DNA from: Amoeboaphelidium protococcarum X5 | Lineage: Eukaryota > Fungi > Aphelidiomycota | Direction of reading: 5' to 3' | DNA length: 64,000 nt | Assembly: GCA_023515725.1 (NCBI GenBank) | Contig: JALDTO010000142.1 | Location: 1-64,000 of the forward strand | Shown here: positions 1-13,082 of the stretch, piece after piece | How the letters are laid out: every line of letters starts with the position of its first letter | How positions within the stretch are numbered: the first letter of the stretch is position 1 | Translations under genes and position numbers: made by a program | Notes under the pieces: model-generated | The model's input: the letters and a program-made list of their open reading frames with translations, nothing else | What the model was told of the DNA's origin: nothing | Databases searched by the model: none

Positions 1-4
1 CGTT

Positions 5-73
5 CCTGCCCTGCCCTGCCCTGCCCTGCCCTGCCCTGCCCTGCCCTGCCCTGCCCTGCCCTGCCCTGCCTGC
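5..73. repeat. (CCTGC)13 pentanucleotide tandem repeat, (GGGCA)n on the minus strand
   Basis: 13 perfect CCTGC units at 5-69 plus a partial unit, read directly. Confidence 0.95.
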
Positions 74-773
74 TGAGTATTTGGTTGAATGGCGTGATCA
101 GAGACTACAAGTACTATAGATTGTGGACTGGGGCTTCTTTAATAGCCAGAGATAGAGCACCAACTTTATCGCTCAGCGTTCCCTTCTTCACCATCTAACG
201 GAAGAAGACCGCCTCAGTTTTACTCTGCTTAAATTTCATGTTCTCATAAGCCTTAGCTTCCTGTGCTTACACAGTTTACGCGTATTCATATAAGATCTTT
301 ACTATTTTACTCTTATTAAGCACCACTTCATTCTTACCAGAGCTTTGAGAAATTCTGACGCGATTAGTATACCATTAACTGCTGGGAGGCAATATCATAT
401 CACCAAGAGATTCTTTCCCAGCAGATTTCACCTAATGCTGATTCTATTGTACGGAATCTAAGATTTCATCTTCAACAGAAGACTCCTATTCAGACTCTTG
501 ATCATCGTCCTCGATACTATCCTCAGCATCAGTCTCCATAATATCACCAGAATCCATTCCACCCAAACCCAATTCTCCGATAAATGATTTGAGATCTTTT
601 TGTAACTTGACATCGTTCACACCATCTTGGTCTTAATTAAGCGATATCACGCTCTCTTCATCAGACTATACACCCAATACCAACTCCAAATCCTTTTTAT
701 CACCTCCCAGTGCCTTCACTTCCTCCTCCAACACATTGCTAGACATTTTACGCGTTTTCTGTTACTTTGACAT
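74..773 (-). CDS. MAK21: Mak21/Noc1/CEBPZ 60S biogenesis factor, N-terminal part only
   Basis: Table 6 translation from ATG 773: MSKQQKTRKMSSNVLEEEVKALGGDKKDLELV...KLQKDLKSFIGELGL...GTLSDKVGALSLAIKEAPVHNLQYLQSLI matches Mak21 N-terminal motifs. Homology is lost near position 95, just before the repeat. Confidence 0.8.
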
Positions 774-897
774 CTTTTCTCTCTTCAACGATTTAATTTG
801 GTCGCAGCGGCAAAGTGTGTAAAGAAGAGAGTTTGCGCGAAGAGTGAGATAGCGATCAAATCCTTCTCTTCACAAGTCTCTTCACCAGAAATTGGAA

Positions 898-1419
898 ATG
901 GAGATGAATGTAGAAACGTCTTGTTCGGAGGATAATTTTTCCGTAATTTAGTCAATCGTTGCAGATATTGTGAATGATGCAGTGATTAAAGCATGCGAAC
1001 GTTAGTAGGATAGTGAAGATATAAAATTTGAGTCGGTCTAAGTATCAGTCGAGTAATCAGAAAAAGTCAAATCTATTTTACAAGATCTTGTGGACGGCAT
1101 AGTCGACCCTCTTACTATGAATGAGCAGGAATTGCAAAATTCGCTCCCATTCAACAACGGTCTACTCCAGGTCATTTACTGGTCTCTCGGTGCATTATCA
1201 ATGCTGTGGCTCATGATGCTAATTGCTGTTTTCATTCTGTCCTTACAGGGGAGCATAGATAACGCGTTTTTTGTGATGGCGCATTGTGCCGGCGGTCTAC
1301 TGTTGACGTGTTCAATCGCGGCGTCTTTGTTCTGGTTTCAGGGCCGAGTGACGCGAGAGTTCACCACCACTTAATAACAGTTATAATAGAAGGTAGACGT
1401 GAAACCAAAGTCTGAGTGA
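898..1419 (+). CDS. Small two-TM membrane protein, possibly Pkr1-like V-ATPase assembly factor
   Basis: Open in table 6 from ATG 898 to TGA 1417-1419 (173 aa). Two hydrophobic helices end in SIAASLFWF. The Pkr1 resemblance is weak. Confidence 0.55.
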
Positions 1420-1445
1420 AATAGTTTAATAATTTATTTAATGTA

Positions 1446-1835
1446 TCATAGTTCATGACTTTAAATTAGTTCCCTTCTACTTAGGCGGCCGTCACCATCT
1501 TGATCATCAAATTGGAGAATAGAATCCACCAGGAACTGGATCTCTGGAAGAATGGTACCAGTATGATCGTTTGCAGTATCGTGAGCCACCGCGTAATGTT
1601 CATGCTGTGGTGCAAAAGAACTCATCAACTCATACCCATCCAAGTGACCATCAGCATTCAAGTCAAACTTCTTGAGCCATAAGTCGATATCATGTTGTTG
1701 CAATTATAATCCTTTTGTGGAATCAAAACGACTCAGAAATGACCAAGGGACAGCAAGCACTTGTTGATGTTGAGACGTGAGCATTAGAGCAGCAAAGACA
1801 AAGAATACCAGAGCGGAGCACGACATAATGCACAT
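1446..1835 (-). CDS. Secretory-pathway double EF-hand protein, MCFD2-like
   Basis: Signal peptide (ALVFFVFAALML), EF-hands FDLNADGHLDGYEL and DDQDGDGRLSRREL, C-terminus QSHEL-TGA. Alternative start at 1826. Confidence 0.8.
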
Positions 1836-2189
1836 GTAATGGATATGATGATATATTTAATAACGACGGTTAGCTCAAAGAAGATGATGAATTTTTTACT
1901 CGTGTAAGCATTGGTTAAAGTAAACAATGCAGTTGAGATGGAAACGCGTTACCATTGTTTCCATAGATTTGTTTTGATCAACATTATTGTTTCGTTTCAA
2001 CATCGTGATCATTGTTGTTGTTTGTTGTTGTTGTTGAAGCGATGAGAAGTGCCTTTGCTTGACTGGTCGCGTCTCGCTCGATTCGGACGGGACGGTTGAG
2101 CTCGCTTAGATTAGTCTTTTAACTATGAGAAACTATCTTCATTCGCTCGCCGATCCCAAGATTTTTGTGTGCAAATAGATCAAAACGAA

Positions 2190-3083
2190 ATGAACAAGAT
2201 TAAAAAGTCTATACGTGATACCCACCGATTAATAAATCGAGATAATACCGATCCTGCTACTAGATAGGAATAGCAGAGGAAGCTGAAAGTCCTCCTCTTT
2301 GATATGGAACAGGAGACCGAGTTGCAGGTTATCAAAAAGTATTAGACGCGTTATTAGCGTGTGAGATTCTTTGAGATGCGAAAAGCTTAGCGAAAGTATA
2401 TGAAATGCCTAAAGGAGGATGTCGCTAGTGCCGAGGCTTAGAATACTCTTGATGATCTGATGTACATTTTATTTTATCCAAAGACTTTCAAGTACATGTC
2501 ACTTTATCGCAATGACTCGATGTAAGATAAAGATAATGAGGATGATGGCGATGATGATGAGCAGTCGAAAAGGTTGAAGGGGAAGAATTAAAAGCTTCTC
2601 GCGTAGAGATAGACAATGTATCAGTTAATAACTAAAGTCTGTAAAGATCTGAATGTCTATGATCGCGTCAAATTTCCAGTCAAATCTCTGAGTGTGCCCA
2701 AGGAGCTGGGTGATGAAGTAAATGCTCGGCTGTTTATTGAAGACTAAACGTTGTTGCTGCAGCATTGGCGTCATTTAGTAATGCGTAATAAGGAAATGTA
2801 CAAATACTGTGGAATAAGTGACTTGGAAGCGTACATAAAGGATAAAGTTAACTGCTTCAGAAGTCCTAAATCTATGGAAAAGGTGGAAAGTATGTAATCT
2901 GTAGGTGTCGGTAATGCATCAGGAGAAGTGGTCGGAGAAGATAGATTAAAATAAGGTGGCTAACAGACACTCCTCAAGGATGATTTTTTGGGCTCTTTTA
3001 GCAATGCTGCTGATGCTGACGGTAAAGCTGTGTCATCGTCTAGACAAGCTCTCGATAAGTACTCGACGCGTTTGAAATTGTGA
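2190..3083 (+). CDS. EFG1: rRNA-processing protein Efg1
   Basis: MNKIKKSIRDTHRL...RYQRVRFFEMRKA...DLMYILFYPKDFKYMSLY are Efg1 motifs. Many in-frame TAR codons, so absent from the ORF track. Ends TGA. Confidence 0.85.
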
Positions 3084-3358
3084 ACTTTCTACTATAATAT
3101 TATTATAAAGTCCTTCACATTACATTTCTAAATTTCTTAATAAAATTACGTTGGGTGTATGTTGTTCAGAGTTTGCCAATCCGATTTTCTATTATGGATT
3201 CGTCCAATGTAAATCGGCTGCTTTGAATCAAGAGAATATCATGCAATCAGATAATCGAAGTTCCATCTGATCTAATATAACAACCATTAGTACATCTACT
3301 TGCTCTTTTTTCTCTTCTTTACTATTATCTGGTCTTATTAAAATTCTTCTTAAAGAAA

Positions 3359-4477
3359 ATGTCCATGTTTAAAATTCTACGTGTGTCTGCAGTTGCTATC
3401 CCACTCCTGAACTTTGTTTCAGGCCACTCTCACTTGGAGTGTACTGACGCCAAAGGTCCTGGTCAATGCGCTGGCTATCCGCGCTATTACTCTCATTATA
3501 AACAAGGCTATGAAGGTAGTGATGAGTCCAAGGACAGAAACTTTATCGTGGCCGCTGGAGCAATTCGCTGTCCCACCGCGCCTGCTGATTCAGGGTAAAT
3601 GTACACTACCAATTACCCCATGGCAAAGTGGATGCCAGGATCTACAGTTGTGGTTTAGTGGCCTCCGCGCGGCCATTTGCAACAAAAGCATTCTGATGTG
3701 TGGATCTATTGCTCTACTGATGCTTCATCTGCCGGTAGTAAAGTTGATGAATAGGCCATCTTCTCTGGCACTCCTGGTGATGAATCTCTCACTTCATCCG
3801 CAGCTACAACAACTTCTGGCGCGTCCAACAACGCGACTGGCGGTATGGAGCTGATTGCCACCACACCTTACGATAATTGCAATGGCTCTGATGTGAGTTG
3901 GGCTAAATGTACGGGCCAAGTCCAGGTCCCATCCACATGGTAGCAAGGTGAAATAAGATCTTGCATGTTCGCCTGGACACTCAATGATGCCCAACAGTAC
4001 ATTGACTGTTTTGAAGTTCAAGTTGGTAGTGGTGGCTTAAATGTCGTCGCGTCCAATAGTAGTGACACTCAGGATCCACGAGCTCTGTTAGGACCATCTT
4101 AAGTTGAAGTTGACAATTCAGTGACTCCTTCTGCACCTCCTTCTGTTGCTGCATCCAGCAACAATAACAGCGCAGCTTCAGCGCCACCATCGTCTCAAGC
4201 AGTTCCACCTGGACACGAAGGCCACAATCACCCTCACAATGTTGTTGCACCAAGTCCTCCTACTCCGTCTCAATCTCCATCTGAAGCCGTTGCCCCTCTA
4301 CAGCAAACTTAAGCCAACTCGGAAGCTTCTGTAAATGCGCCATCACCTCAGCCAATCAACACTGAAAAATCGCTCGAGTAAAAACTGTGTCAATGTGTTG
4401 ACAACTTGTGCACCGGATCTTTGGGAAGTTCTAATCTGTGCTCTATCCTCAAACGTCTTTGCTAGTTTGTAAATTGA
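3359..4477 (+). CDS. Secreted His-brace copper protein (LPMO-like fold) with S/P/T linker and C-terminal Cys-rich module
   Basis: Signal peptide ...NFVSG then HSHLECTD, WPPRGH, CMFAWTLNDAQQYIDCFEV, a low-complexity linker, and LCQCVDNLC...NLC...LC. 372 aa in table 6. Confidence 0.7.
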
Positions 4478-4875
4478 CCTGCCAATGAATGAAATTGTTG
4501 AAAGTATTAGTGAATTGAAGACGATGAAGGATATATATTTTGAATGATGGTTGATGAATAAAAAGTGAATTAGAATTGAATGCGATAGGGACTTATTACA
4601 ATGCAAGCGGTCCACTTACTCTTAAGACCAACGCGTGAAACAAGGATATTAGTTTTGGCATACTGTACATAACAGCAGTGAATTTTCTTCCTTACAGTAC
4701 GATATTGCCTTCCTCTAATCTAACACACTTTCTTCCATAGAAATGTTGCAGTTTTTTATCTAAGTAAGAAAATGCTCCGCAGTATGTTTTATTGCCGTGT
4801 TTTATAAGTTTTAATCGCCCCACTTACTTTAATTCACAATTCTTATCCGAACGCGGATTATTCTACTTTACGGCG

Positions 4876-6115
4876 ATGCCCGAATATAGATTACTTGTGG
4901 ATGTAGAGCTTGACGCGTCTTCAAAATCAAAGATTGAGGATATTTGTGCTCAACTCAGTGGTTATTATCGATTGGAATAAGATTCTGATGATGGACCAGT
5001 ATCGATTGTTATCGGTCATGATCTGAGCGGAACTGCAACGATTTTGTATAATGATTTGATTAATCACGTACTATCCGATTCATCTTTAAATGTGGAATAC
5101 CTGATTAAGTTGAAGCATGATGAGAGGAATGATCTTATTCATAATAGAGAGTCAAGAGAGAAATGGCTGGCGCAGTAGACTGATGCTATATCCCATAGAC
5201 TTTCTCCTGTACTTCGACGTAAAGTTGAGCACTCGCTGTCTGTTATCGCGGACGCTTTCCGATAATACGGCTTTAAAAATCTATCTATAAGTTATAATGG
5301 TGGTAAAGACTGTACAGTTCTTCTGCGATTGCTTTAAATAGGTTGCGCCATTCATTTTACCAACGTTGAGAATGCGACACCAATTGAAAATCGTGAGCCG
5401 TATTATGGACCTGGTTTAATCAATGCTCTCTATATCCGATCTCAATATCCATTCGAAGATGTTGAGAAATTTGTCCACTAAGCATCACAGAGGTAAGAAG
5501 TATCTATACGATTCTGGATTTATATCACTGTATAATCTACTTGTATTCTAATTGTAGCTATAGACTTCGTCTATTTGAATATGACGGGTCAATCAAGAGT
5601 GGGCTGCAGGCGTTCTTATAATAATGGAGTGAATGTTGTTAAAGTCCATCACCATAATCAAGAGCCATCTTTATGGGCACCCGACGTACTGATCCTCACT
5701 GCTGTAAGTATCTATTTTATGAATGTGATCACGTTACGATAATGTATAATTAGAAAGTTAAATTGTTATTGTAGAGCATCTATAGGCATTCAGCCCGACC
5801 GACTCTAATAATGGATGGCCACTGGTGATGCGCGTTAATCCAATCTTGGACTGGTCATTTACAGAAATTTGGCAGTTCATCGACGCGCTCAACGTTCCAT
5901 ACTGCAACCTGTATGACAGAGGGTAATGTATTGTTTTATTTCAAGACTATTTATGCATTGTGTTTATTTGTAGATACACGTCCATTGGTGGTAAGAATGA
6001 TACAATTCCTAATGCATTGCTTGCTGATCCCGAGTTTCCATGCGGATTCAAGCCAGCGCGGTTTATGCCCAGCGATTTGGCAGATATGGAAGAGCGCTCT
6101 GGGAGATTAAAGTGA
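4876..6115 (+). CDS. FAD1: FAD synthase (PAPS reductase family), 4 exons: 4876-5492, 5558-5703, 5775-5922, 5974-6115
   Basis: [48 protein letters not shown]. Three GT-AG introns restore the frame. Confidence 0.92.
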
Positions 6116-6413
6116 TTATTTTGTCCGCATGTATTCCCTTTACTTTTACACTCTGTACCCTATTCTCGTATCCATTTATAGATACATTTTGAGAGCGTCT
6201 ATGCAAAGCTCTACACTATGGAATGACTTTTAGTAGTAGACGGATATAAGTGCAGCTTGTTGATTGTTTGTTCGGAATCTATTTTTAAGGGAAGATTTTG
6301 ATGTTTCAACAACAACTGTCTCTATCGCTAACTTCATCTTCATCTTGTTTACTGTGAAAATCAACTTTATTTATAAGCTTCACTTTAGATCTAATAATAA
6401 TCAGAGTTACACA

Positions 6414-8957
6414 ATGGAGTATTAGACTTTGCCAGTGAGTAGCGATAATAGCGATATACCGGATAAATAAGTGCCCGGTACAAGAATTGTTGAGAGCGAT
6501 TATCTGCACAAGATTGTAGAAGCTAATGAAGGAAGCTCTGCTGGAAGTATAAGTGGATTGAAACAATTGAAATCTGTTGGTAATACACCTCGTTACTCTG
6601 ATGACCTTAAGATGGATTACACTGCCGATGTATAGGCTCCCGGCGAGATTAAAATATCTGCGTTGGTCGATCAGAGTGACATGTTACAATCATCATCGTC
6701 ATCTCATGGTTCATGCGCCGATTAGGCTGTAAATGGTATCCCGAATGACATTAGCGATAGTTAATCACTCAGTATTACTACCATTTAGAAGACAACTTTT
6801 AATGATGACAATGAAATTGGTAAAAGTGGCGCTAGCTCCAAACTAGGCCCTGCGGCAAGTGCGATGTAGGTTGGCCAGCTGTTGGACAACATCCAAGATT
6901 TCCATTAAGCTGTTCTTGCCAACAATAATAATCTATCCAAGTTAGAGCTGGATTAGCTGCACCGGAGCTCGTCTTCTCATTTTAAAAGATAGTCCAATGG
7001 TGTTAGTGTAAATCCTGCATCAGCCACTCAGACAGATCCTGTCAATTAGTTGAATACCATTCTGGTTGATTCTCTGCGGGACATTTAGCGGGAGGTTATT
7101 CGTGTCTAATCTGTCCTATAGCAAGTGATTAATAGTGCTTATAATTCTAGCAGTTTAACCAATAATGTAAATGGCGCCAATTCCACCTTGTCTTCTAGTA
7201 GTGCATCAGTCAGTGGATAGAATTCATCTACTGGTCCTTAAGAGTCAGAGTATGGCACTAAAGGTAGACGCCAGACCAAGAGTCGGTAGAGTCAACCATA
7301 AGTGTCTGAAATGGTGGATGCCGTCATACCATTAACTACGATCAAGCGAATCGAGACCAGTGTTAAAGCGATTCAGAAAGTTGTTGTATCTGCAGTTATC
7401 CGGCACTAGGAGACGTTGACGTCCATCAAGTAGGACAAGTTGATTGCTAAAGATTTGAATGAGCTCATACAGCAGAAGCCTTCAGTGCTCCTTTGTGATG
7501 GATACAAAGTGGAGACTAGTCCTGGTGGACATGAAATTATAGATCTACCCACGTACATTCAAGAAGATGAACCGCGAGAGCATACCAGAAATATGGAATC
7601 CCCACTGCGGGATAAATTTATGGGCAAGGATTGCACTCTGGCCGTGGGTATGTTGTCTGAGCACGAGCCCGCAGCCCTAGTGACTATAAAAAGCGGTGTG
7701 AGTAAGAATGGTTTGGACACTTTTGAAGCGTTGCTGTTAACTAGTCATGGACGTTTCCTGGCGACGTTTAATCTTCCATCGAATGATAAAGTGCAGAGGC
7801 CGGAGATGATTATGAATGTCGCCTTGAAGTAGTTTGAATTGATGTAGCGTACCAAAACTGACTAGTAGAAGGTTGAACTGGACTTTTCACGAATTCTGAT
7901 GCACAAGCTCGATCCGGCAGTTGACTCTCAGGAGTACTAGAATGCAATGTCTCGCCTTGCCAGAATAGAGTAAGATGAGAAGGAGCCGAATTATAAGTTT
8001 GGAGTCCTATTTGCGTACTAAGGCCAAACCACTGAGGAGGAGATGTTTGGTAATCGAACCGGCTCTGTGCATTTTGATGAATTCCTCTCCATTCTGGGTG
8101 ATCGAGTAAAGTTGTAGGGATACCAGGGATTTAGAGGTGGACTTGATGTTAAGAATAACACCACAGGAATAGAAAGTGTTGTGCGGTAGTGGAAAGGCAT
8201 CCAGGTCATGTTCCATGTATCCACCCTTCTCCCGTCAGATGAAGATGAATTTAGCAACTCTCAAGGGGTTGAAGGACGGCGAATGACTATACGATCATAG
8301 TAATTGGCACGTAAGCGGCACATTGGAAATGATATGTGTCTGATTATATTCATTGATGGAGATACACCGTTCTCTGCAGACACTATATCAAGTTAATACT
8401 GTTAGGTGTTTGCGGTAGTGCGGCCAATTTAGGCATAGAGCAGTAGTTATTCTAATGCAGACTCAAGTCCGAGCGAAGTTATCGGTTATAATTTGCAGTT
8501 TGCCATGAAGAAGGACGTGCCTATAGTATCCCCTCATCTGCAAAGTCACTCTTTTGCCAAATCGGATGCTTTCGCCATTCTGTTGATCTGTAAACTAATT
8601 AATGAGTAAAATGCAGCGTATTAGGCTCCAGAGTTTTCATAGAAGATGATCAGGACTAGAAAGACTCTGCTGGGAGATTTGATAGAGACGTACGCACCTC
8701 AGGTTGCCAAAGAGTTGACACTTGGACGGTAGTAGTAATTGGCCAGGGCGCCGAGCTAGGCATCATTTGGCAACCATCCACCTCCACCATCATCATCATC
8801 AGCTGCAGTATCGAAATCTTCTGCCGAATCTTCATCTGCCTGGGGAGGACTAAAAAAAGCTCTTTAATCTGGCAATAGTACGCTAAGTCAAGAGTATCTT
8901 AGACGATCGTCCAGTTCTAAAATGGACGGTAGAAAGACTAGCAAGTAAATGATTTGA
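6414..8957 (+). CDS. Rap/Ran-GAP domain protein (Rap1GAP-like)
   Basis: YKFGVLFAYQGQTTEEEMFGN, FRGGLDV, VMFHVSTLLP, RKRHIGND (Asn thumb intact). Single table 6 ORF, 847 aa. Confidence 0.9.
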
Positions 8958-9107
8958 AATTTCTATTTAGTTATATATGGAATATTAATCTTAAATGAAT
9001 TTTTTGGTTTAGCTTTTATTATCATATCGTAAATAGTTATCGATCAACTAATACAAAAGGTGCAAGGTAAACTATAAAGAGATGCAATAAATTAGTATTA
9101 TAAGTAC

Positions 9108-11048
9108 TCATTAAAGCTGAGATGCGTTCAGACCAAGAGTGTTCAAGAAAATGTTCACCTTCTCTTTGCCTTGTTCTCCTTATCTGCCTATGACTTCAAA
9201 GATTTTATCTCTGAGCTCAGTCACCAACACGCGATGTTACTCTTCATCACAGGCAGGTGATAATGCCGCCAGAAATTACCACACATACGTGTCATCCACC
9301 TAAATTGGTTAAGATTATGCAGATGGCCGTCTGGCACCACCAGCGTTTTATTCACCACCAAACAGAGACTATGACTAGAACAATGGCGGTAGAATCTGAG
9401 CAGGTGGGAATAGACTGACATACCTGGTCTGGAATGCAGCAAATAGAGTAGGAAATAAAGAATTATTCCAAGTATCCAAATCTGCTTATGGAACCTTATA
9501 CGAGCCCTCTTCCACTTTCTAAATGATAATCTGAACACGACTCAAAAGGAGAGTGATAAACAACAGACCCGGCTTAGTTCTACCAATAGACACAATATCC
9601 CCAGTCTAGAGCAGACTCCCACATACATCATTGACGTACGCAAGATCAACATCCCCGATAACATTAGCGAACGGAAACACCACAAAGTTGACATACTCCT
9701 CCAGTTCACGCAATATCAGAAATGCATCACCATTCTGAGGTAGAACAATGGTCTTCAGTGAGAGCATTACGCTTTTCAATAACAGCAGGATCTACTCACG
9801 AGGCAGAAAACGCAAGAAATTACCAATAACTCTTCTACCTTTACCGTACGAACAGAACAGAGATATACCATGCGGAGGTGGAAACTATTTTAGCAGATCA
9901 TTCAAATCCACCTTGTCCACTTCATGCGAGTCTCGTGTTATTTAATGCAAAAGCGTCCATAGAGACTTGACATGACCCGAGTATTTAGCATTACGCTCCT
10001 CCTACTTTCGCGGATTATCAGCAGGGCCATCTTTCTAGAATTCTTAATACAGATCATTGAGGGCAATCAACGTCATATGACAGCGTTCGATACAAGAGAG
10101 AACTTTAAATACGGATTACTGTGCATTATCAGAATCAGATAGTACACCATTCTCAGGTACCAATCTATCAGCAGATGGTAACCTTTTAGGATCTAGTTAT
10201 GCACCATCCTTCACCTCTTCCTCCTTCAAATCAACATTCATCAATTGTTTAGGTCTACGAAGAGAATTTAGCATTGCTCTACCAAGTGCTGGACTTCCAC
10301 TAGATTAAGCTGCTGAACTCTTGGCAATTTTTTACAAGGTATGTAAACGCACCTCCTTCATGATACTCTTCAATTCATCCTCGTTCTTGCTCTTCAACGC
10401 TTCCAAGTCCTGATCAATTACCAGATTAGGATTCTACTTGGCCGCGTTCTGTACCATACTGTTGAAAGCCTTGTTGTAAAAGTCAATCTCAAATGTAGGA
10501 TCCGATGCAAGTTATGACAATTGAATCTTCAAAATAAGATCCTTTTCATAATCCAGCATTAGGCCATCATAATTCTACTGCTGCTGCTGATCAGAGGAAG
10601 TGGCATCGGCGTAAGTTCCACCTTCAATATCATCAGTGGCTGCAGACTCGGATGGAGCAGTTGACGCAACCTCAGCGAGCATTTAAGCCTCAATATCCGC
10701 AGCGCTTAAAGCAGAATCCTGAACAGAAGAAGCAGCTGCAGAAGTCTTAAGTCCAAGCATTTCCGCCTCCAGTTCTTCAACAGTGACTCTCTTGTTATTA
10801 TTACCGCTTGTAATTCCACTTGCTCCGCCGTGAGCAGCAGCAGATACATGACCATGATCTTCCACCTTGACAGGAGCTCCAAATTAAAAATCCTGCTTTA
10901 AATCGCTCACACTAACGCCAAAAGTCTCATCATTATGCTCATCGTCATACTCTCGCAGCGATGCATCGTTCGCAGAGGAGGACTATTGTTGCTATTAAGA
11001 ACTACTACGCGGTACAGAACTAGTATCGAATCCAAAAAAGGAACTCAT
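9108..11048 (-). CDS. PAT1: mRNA decapping activator Pat1
   Basis: N-terminus MSSFFGFDT, NDETFG, KVDFYNKAF, RSVNAKYSG...SSLRRPKQL, C-terminus NIFLNTLGLNASQLQ-TGA. Confidence 0.88.
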
Positions 11049-11486
11049 AATCAATAAGGTAAAAATTCTTATTATTTTAATTAACTAGAGAATACTTTAG
11101 CTGTAATAAAAGCCTATTGGGTGAATTCACTCGCTCGCAACAAAGAAAGCGGAGAAAAGAGACACCTTTAGCGCGCGCGATTGAATTACAGTATGAAGCG
11201 ACTGAACGCGCAACACATCAGCAGCTCTAGTGATGGTACGCTTGAACGGGTGAACTTTAATGGGGCGTATAATCTCATCAGTTTAGTCTCTGAATAAATG
11301 AAACTGCAATCTTACATAAGTGGTAAAATCAATCATATCTCATGAACTAGTACTATTAGAGTAGATTGATACATGTCTGGGGAATGAATTGAGATCAGCC
11401 ACTCACTACAATTCGCCGCATATTATCCCATGAAAAGTATTCAACTTCAAATACAAATAAATCAATTTACTTTATACATTCATTAT

Positions 11487-13082
11487 TCAATATTCCCCCG
11501 AGTTGTGCGTACTTACAGACGGTCTACTCATCAGATCTGCATCTCGCGGCGACTTTAATTTGAGAGCGGCACTCAAATTTACGTAATTTCGACTCGGACT
11601 TTATATATCCTTAATAATGTTATTATTATTATTATTAGACGTTTCAATGCATTGCTTTTTCTCTGCGGATCTTGAGGTATTTACTCCTGCAGTTGACTTA
11701 TTCTTACTAGGACGTCTCTATCGTGGCGCGTCTTTCAATTTAGGTACAGAGTTCAACTTGCTCATCGATGGTAGGAGGTCGCATTTCTATAGCCAAAATC
11801 TTATGCCTGCAGCACCAAGTGAATCTGGATTTTCATTACATCTACCACCACCCAAGCGAATTCTCAGCTGATGAATATTTCGTGAAGACAGATAGCCACC
11901 AGGGCCACTACCACCAAAGGAGAGTGTCAACTAGTCACAATGATCATGAGCGTACTGCATAAATGCATGGCAATCGTGTACGTACTTGGGAGCCTTCAAA
12001 AAGAATTGGGTCGTCTAGTATACATCTTGCAGTTGACAAATCTAGCCTTCATGCATTTTAATCAGGGAAAGGGCAGTTGTGAACAGCACCTTGCCTTACT
12101 TTTCGCGCCCATTACATATCAGACAGTCCCAAATGCGAAGTACCGTCTCAATCGGCAGAATTCCGACATACAGATTCATAAACCATTGGATAGTAATTGT
12201 AGATAGGGGTGGGACGTCATTGTCATAATAATCATTTATCATTCGCTTTAGTGTAGTCTTCCCAAGACCGTGTTATGGCAGCATGTGCTCCCACAAAATG
12301 TCCTGGTCAACTTTAGCGCCTCTATACCCTTCCGTGAACATATTCGTGGGAAGTATGTCATTCAACAGAGTCTCCATTAGCCAGAAAGTGGCCTCCTCGA
12401 CATTGAACTGCATAGTTTTCTAGTTGGATAGTATGAGGAAGATGAGAGATGTAATCTAATACAGCGGCTTAGGTGGATGCTACTTGTTTAATCCCTTGTT
12501 GTGGACCAGTAGCGCCAGAATGATGTTCTTAATCTTTTCTTTAATAGTAACATGCAGCTATTACTTACTTAATGAAGATTATGATTTAACACCACTTATA
12601 GAAGAGGATGCAGTGCCAGGGGACTGAAATAAAGCGGTAGGTGTATGAGATTATTACGGATTGAAGTTGACATTATCCTTAAAAGTGTGATCAAGCTCAT
12701 ATTTAACCACCCGTATGACATCCGCATTAATCTCATTAGGCACTCTGCCAACTAGCTAGCCATAAAGTCCAAGATAGCAATTCATCTTATCCATTGCACC
12801 AGAGTAATGGAGCCACATCACGGGCCTCAGCGAGGATGGAATTCCTTTGCGTATGAATCTATTTAGCTTACTACATCTAGCCGGATACTTGAATGCCTGC
12901 TCATCAATTTTGAAAATCGATAGACAATCTCCAAACAATTTACAGTTATTCAATTCATCCAGCCACTCGATCCATCTTTACTTGCGCTCACTCAAAATCT
13001 GTTAATACTATCCTTCATGCTGCGCGCCGTAATCGTCTTAAACAAATCCATACTTGTCATAACGCGTCAGTTACTTGGCCAT
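11487..13082 (-). CDS. TBC (Rab-GAP) domain protein, Msb3/GRTP1-like, with degenerate catalytic motifs
   Basis: YDKYGF, RFIRKGIPSSLRPVMWLHYSGA, EEATFW, LPIETVLRIWDCL. 531 aa in table 6. Confidence 0.85.

Noticed and set aside
5-73. (CCTGC)n as a telomere or CRISPR array
   Set aside because: It is preceded by non-repeat bases, has no spacers, is short and lies within a gene. Telomere status cannot be supported from this window.
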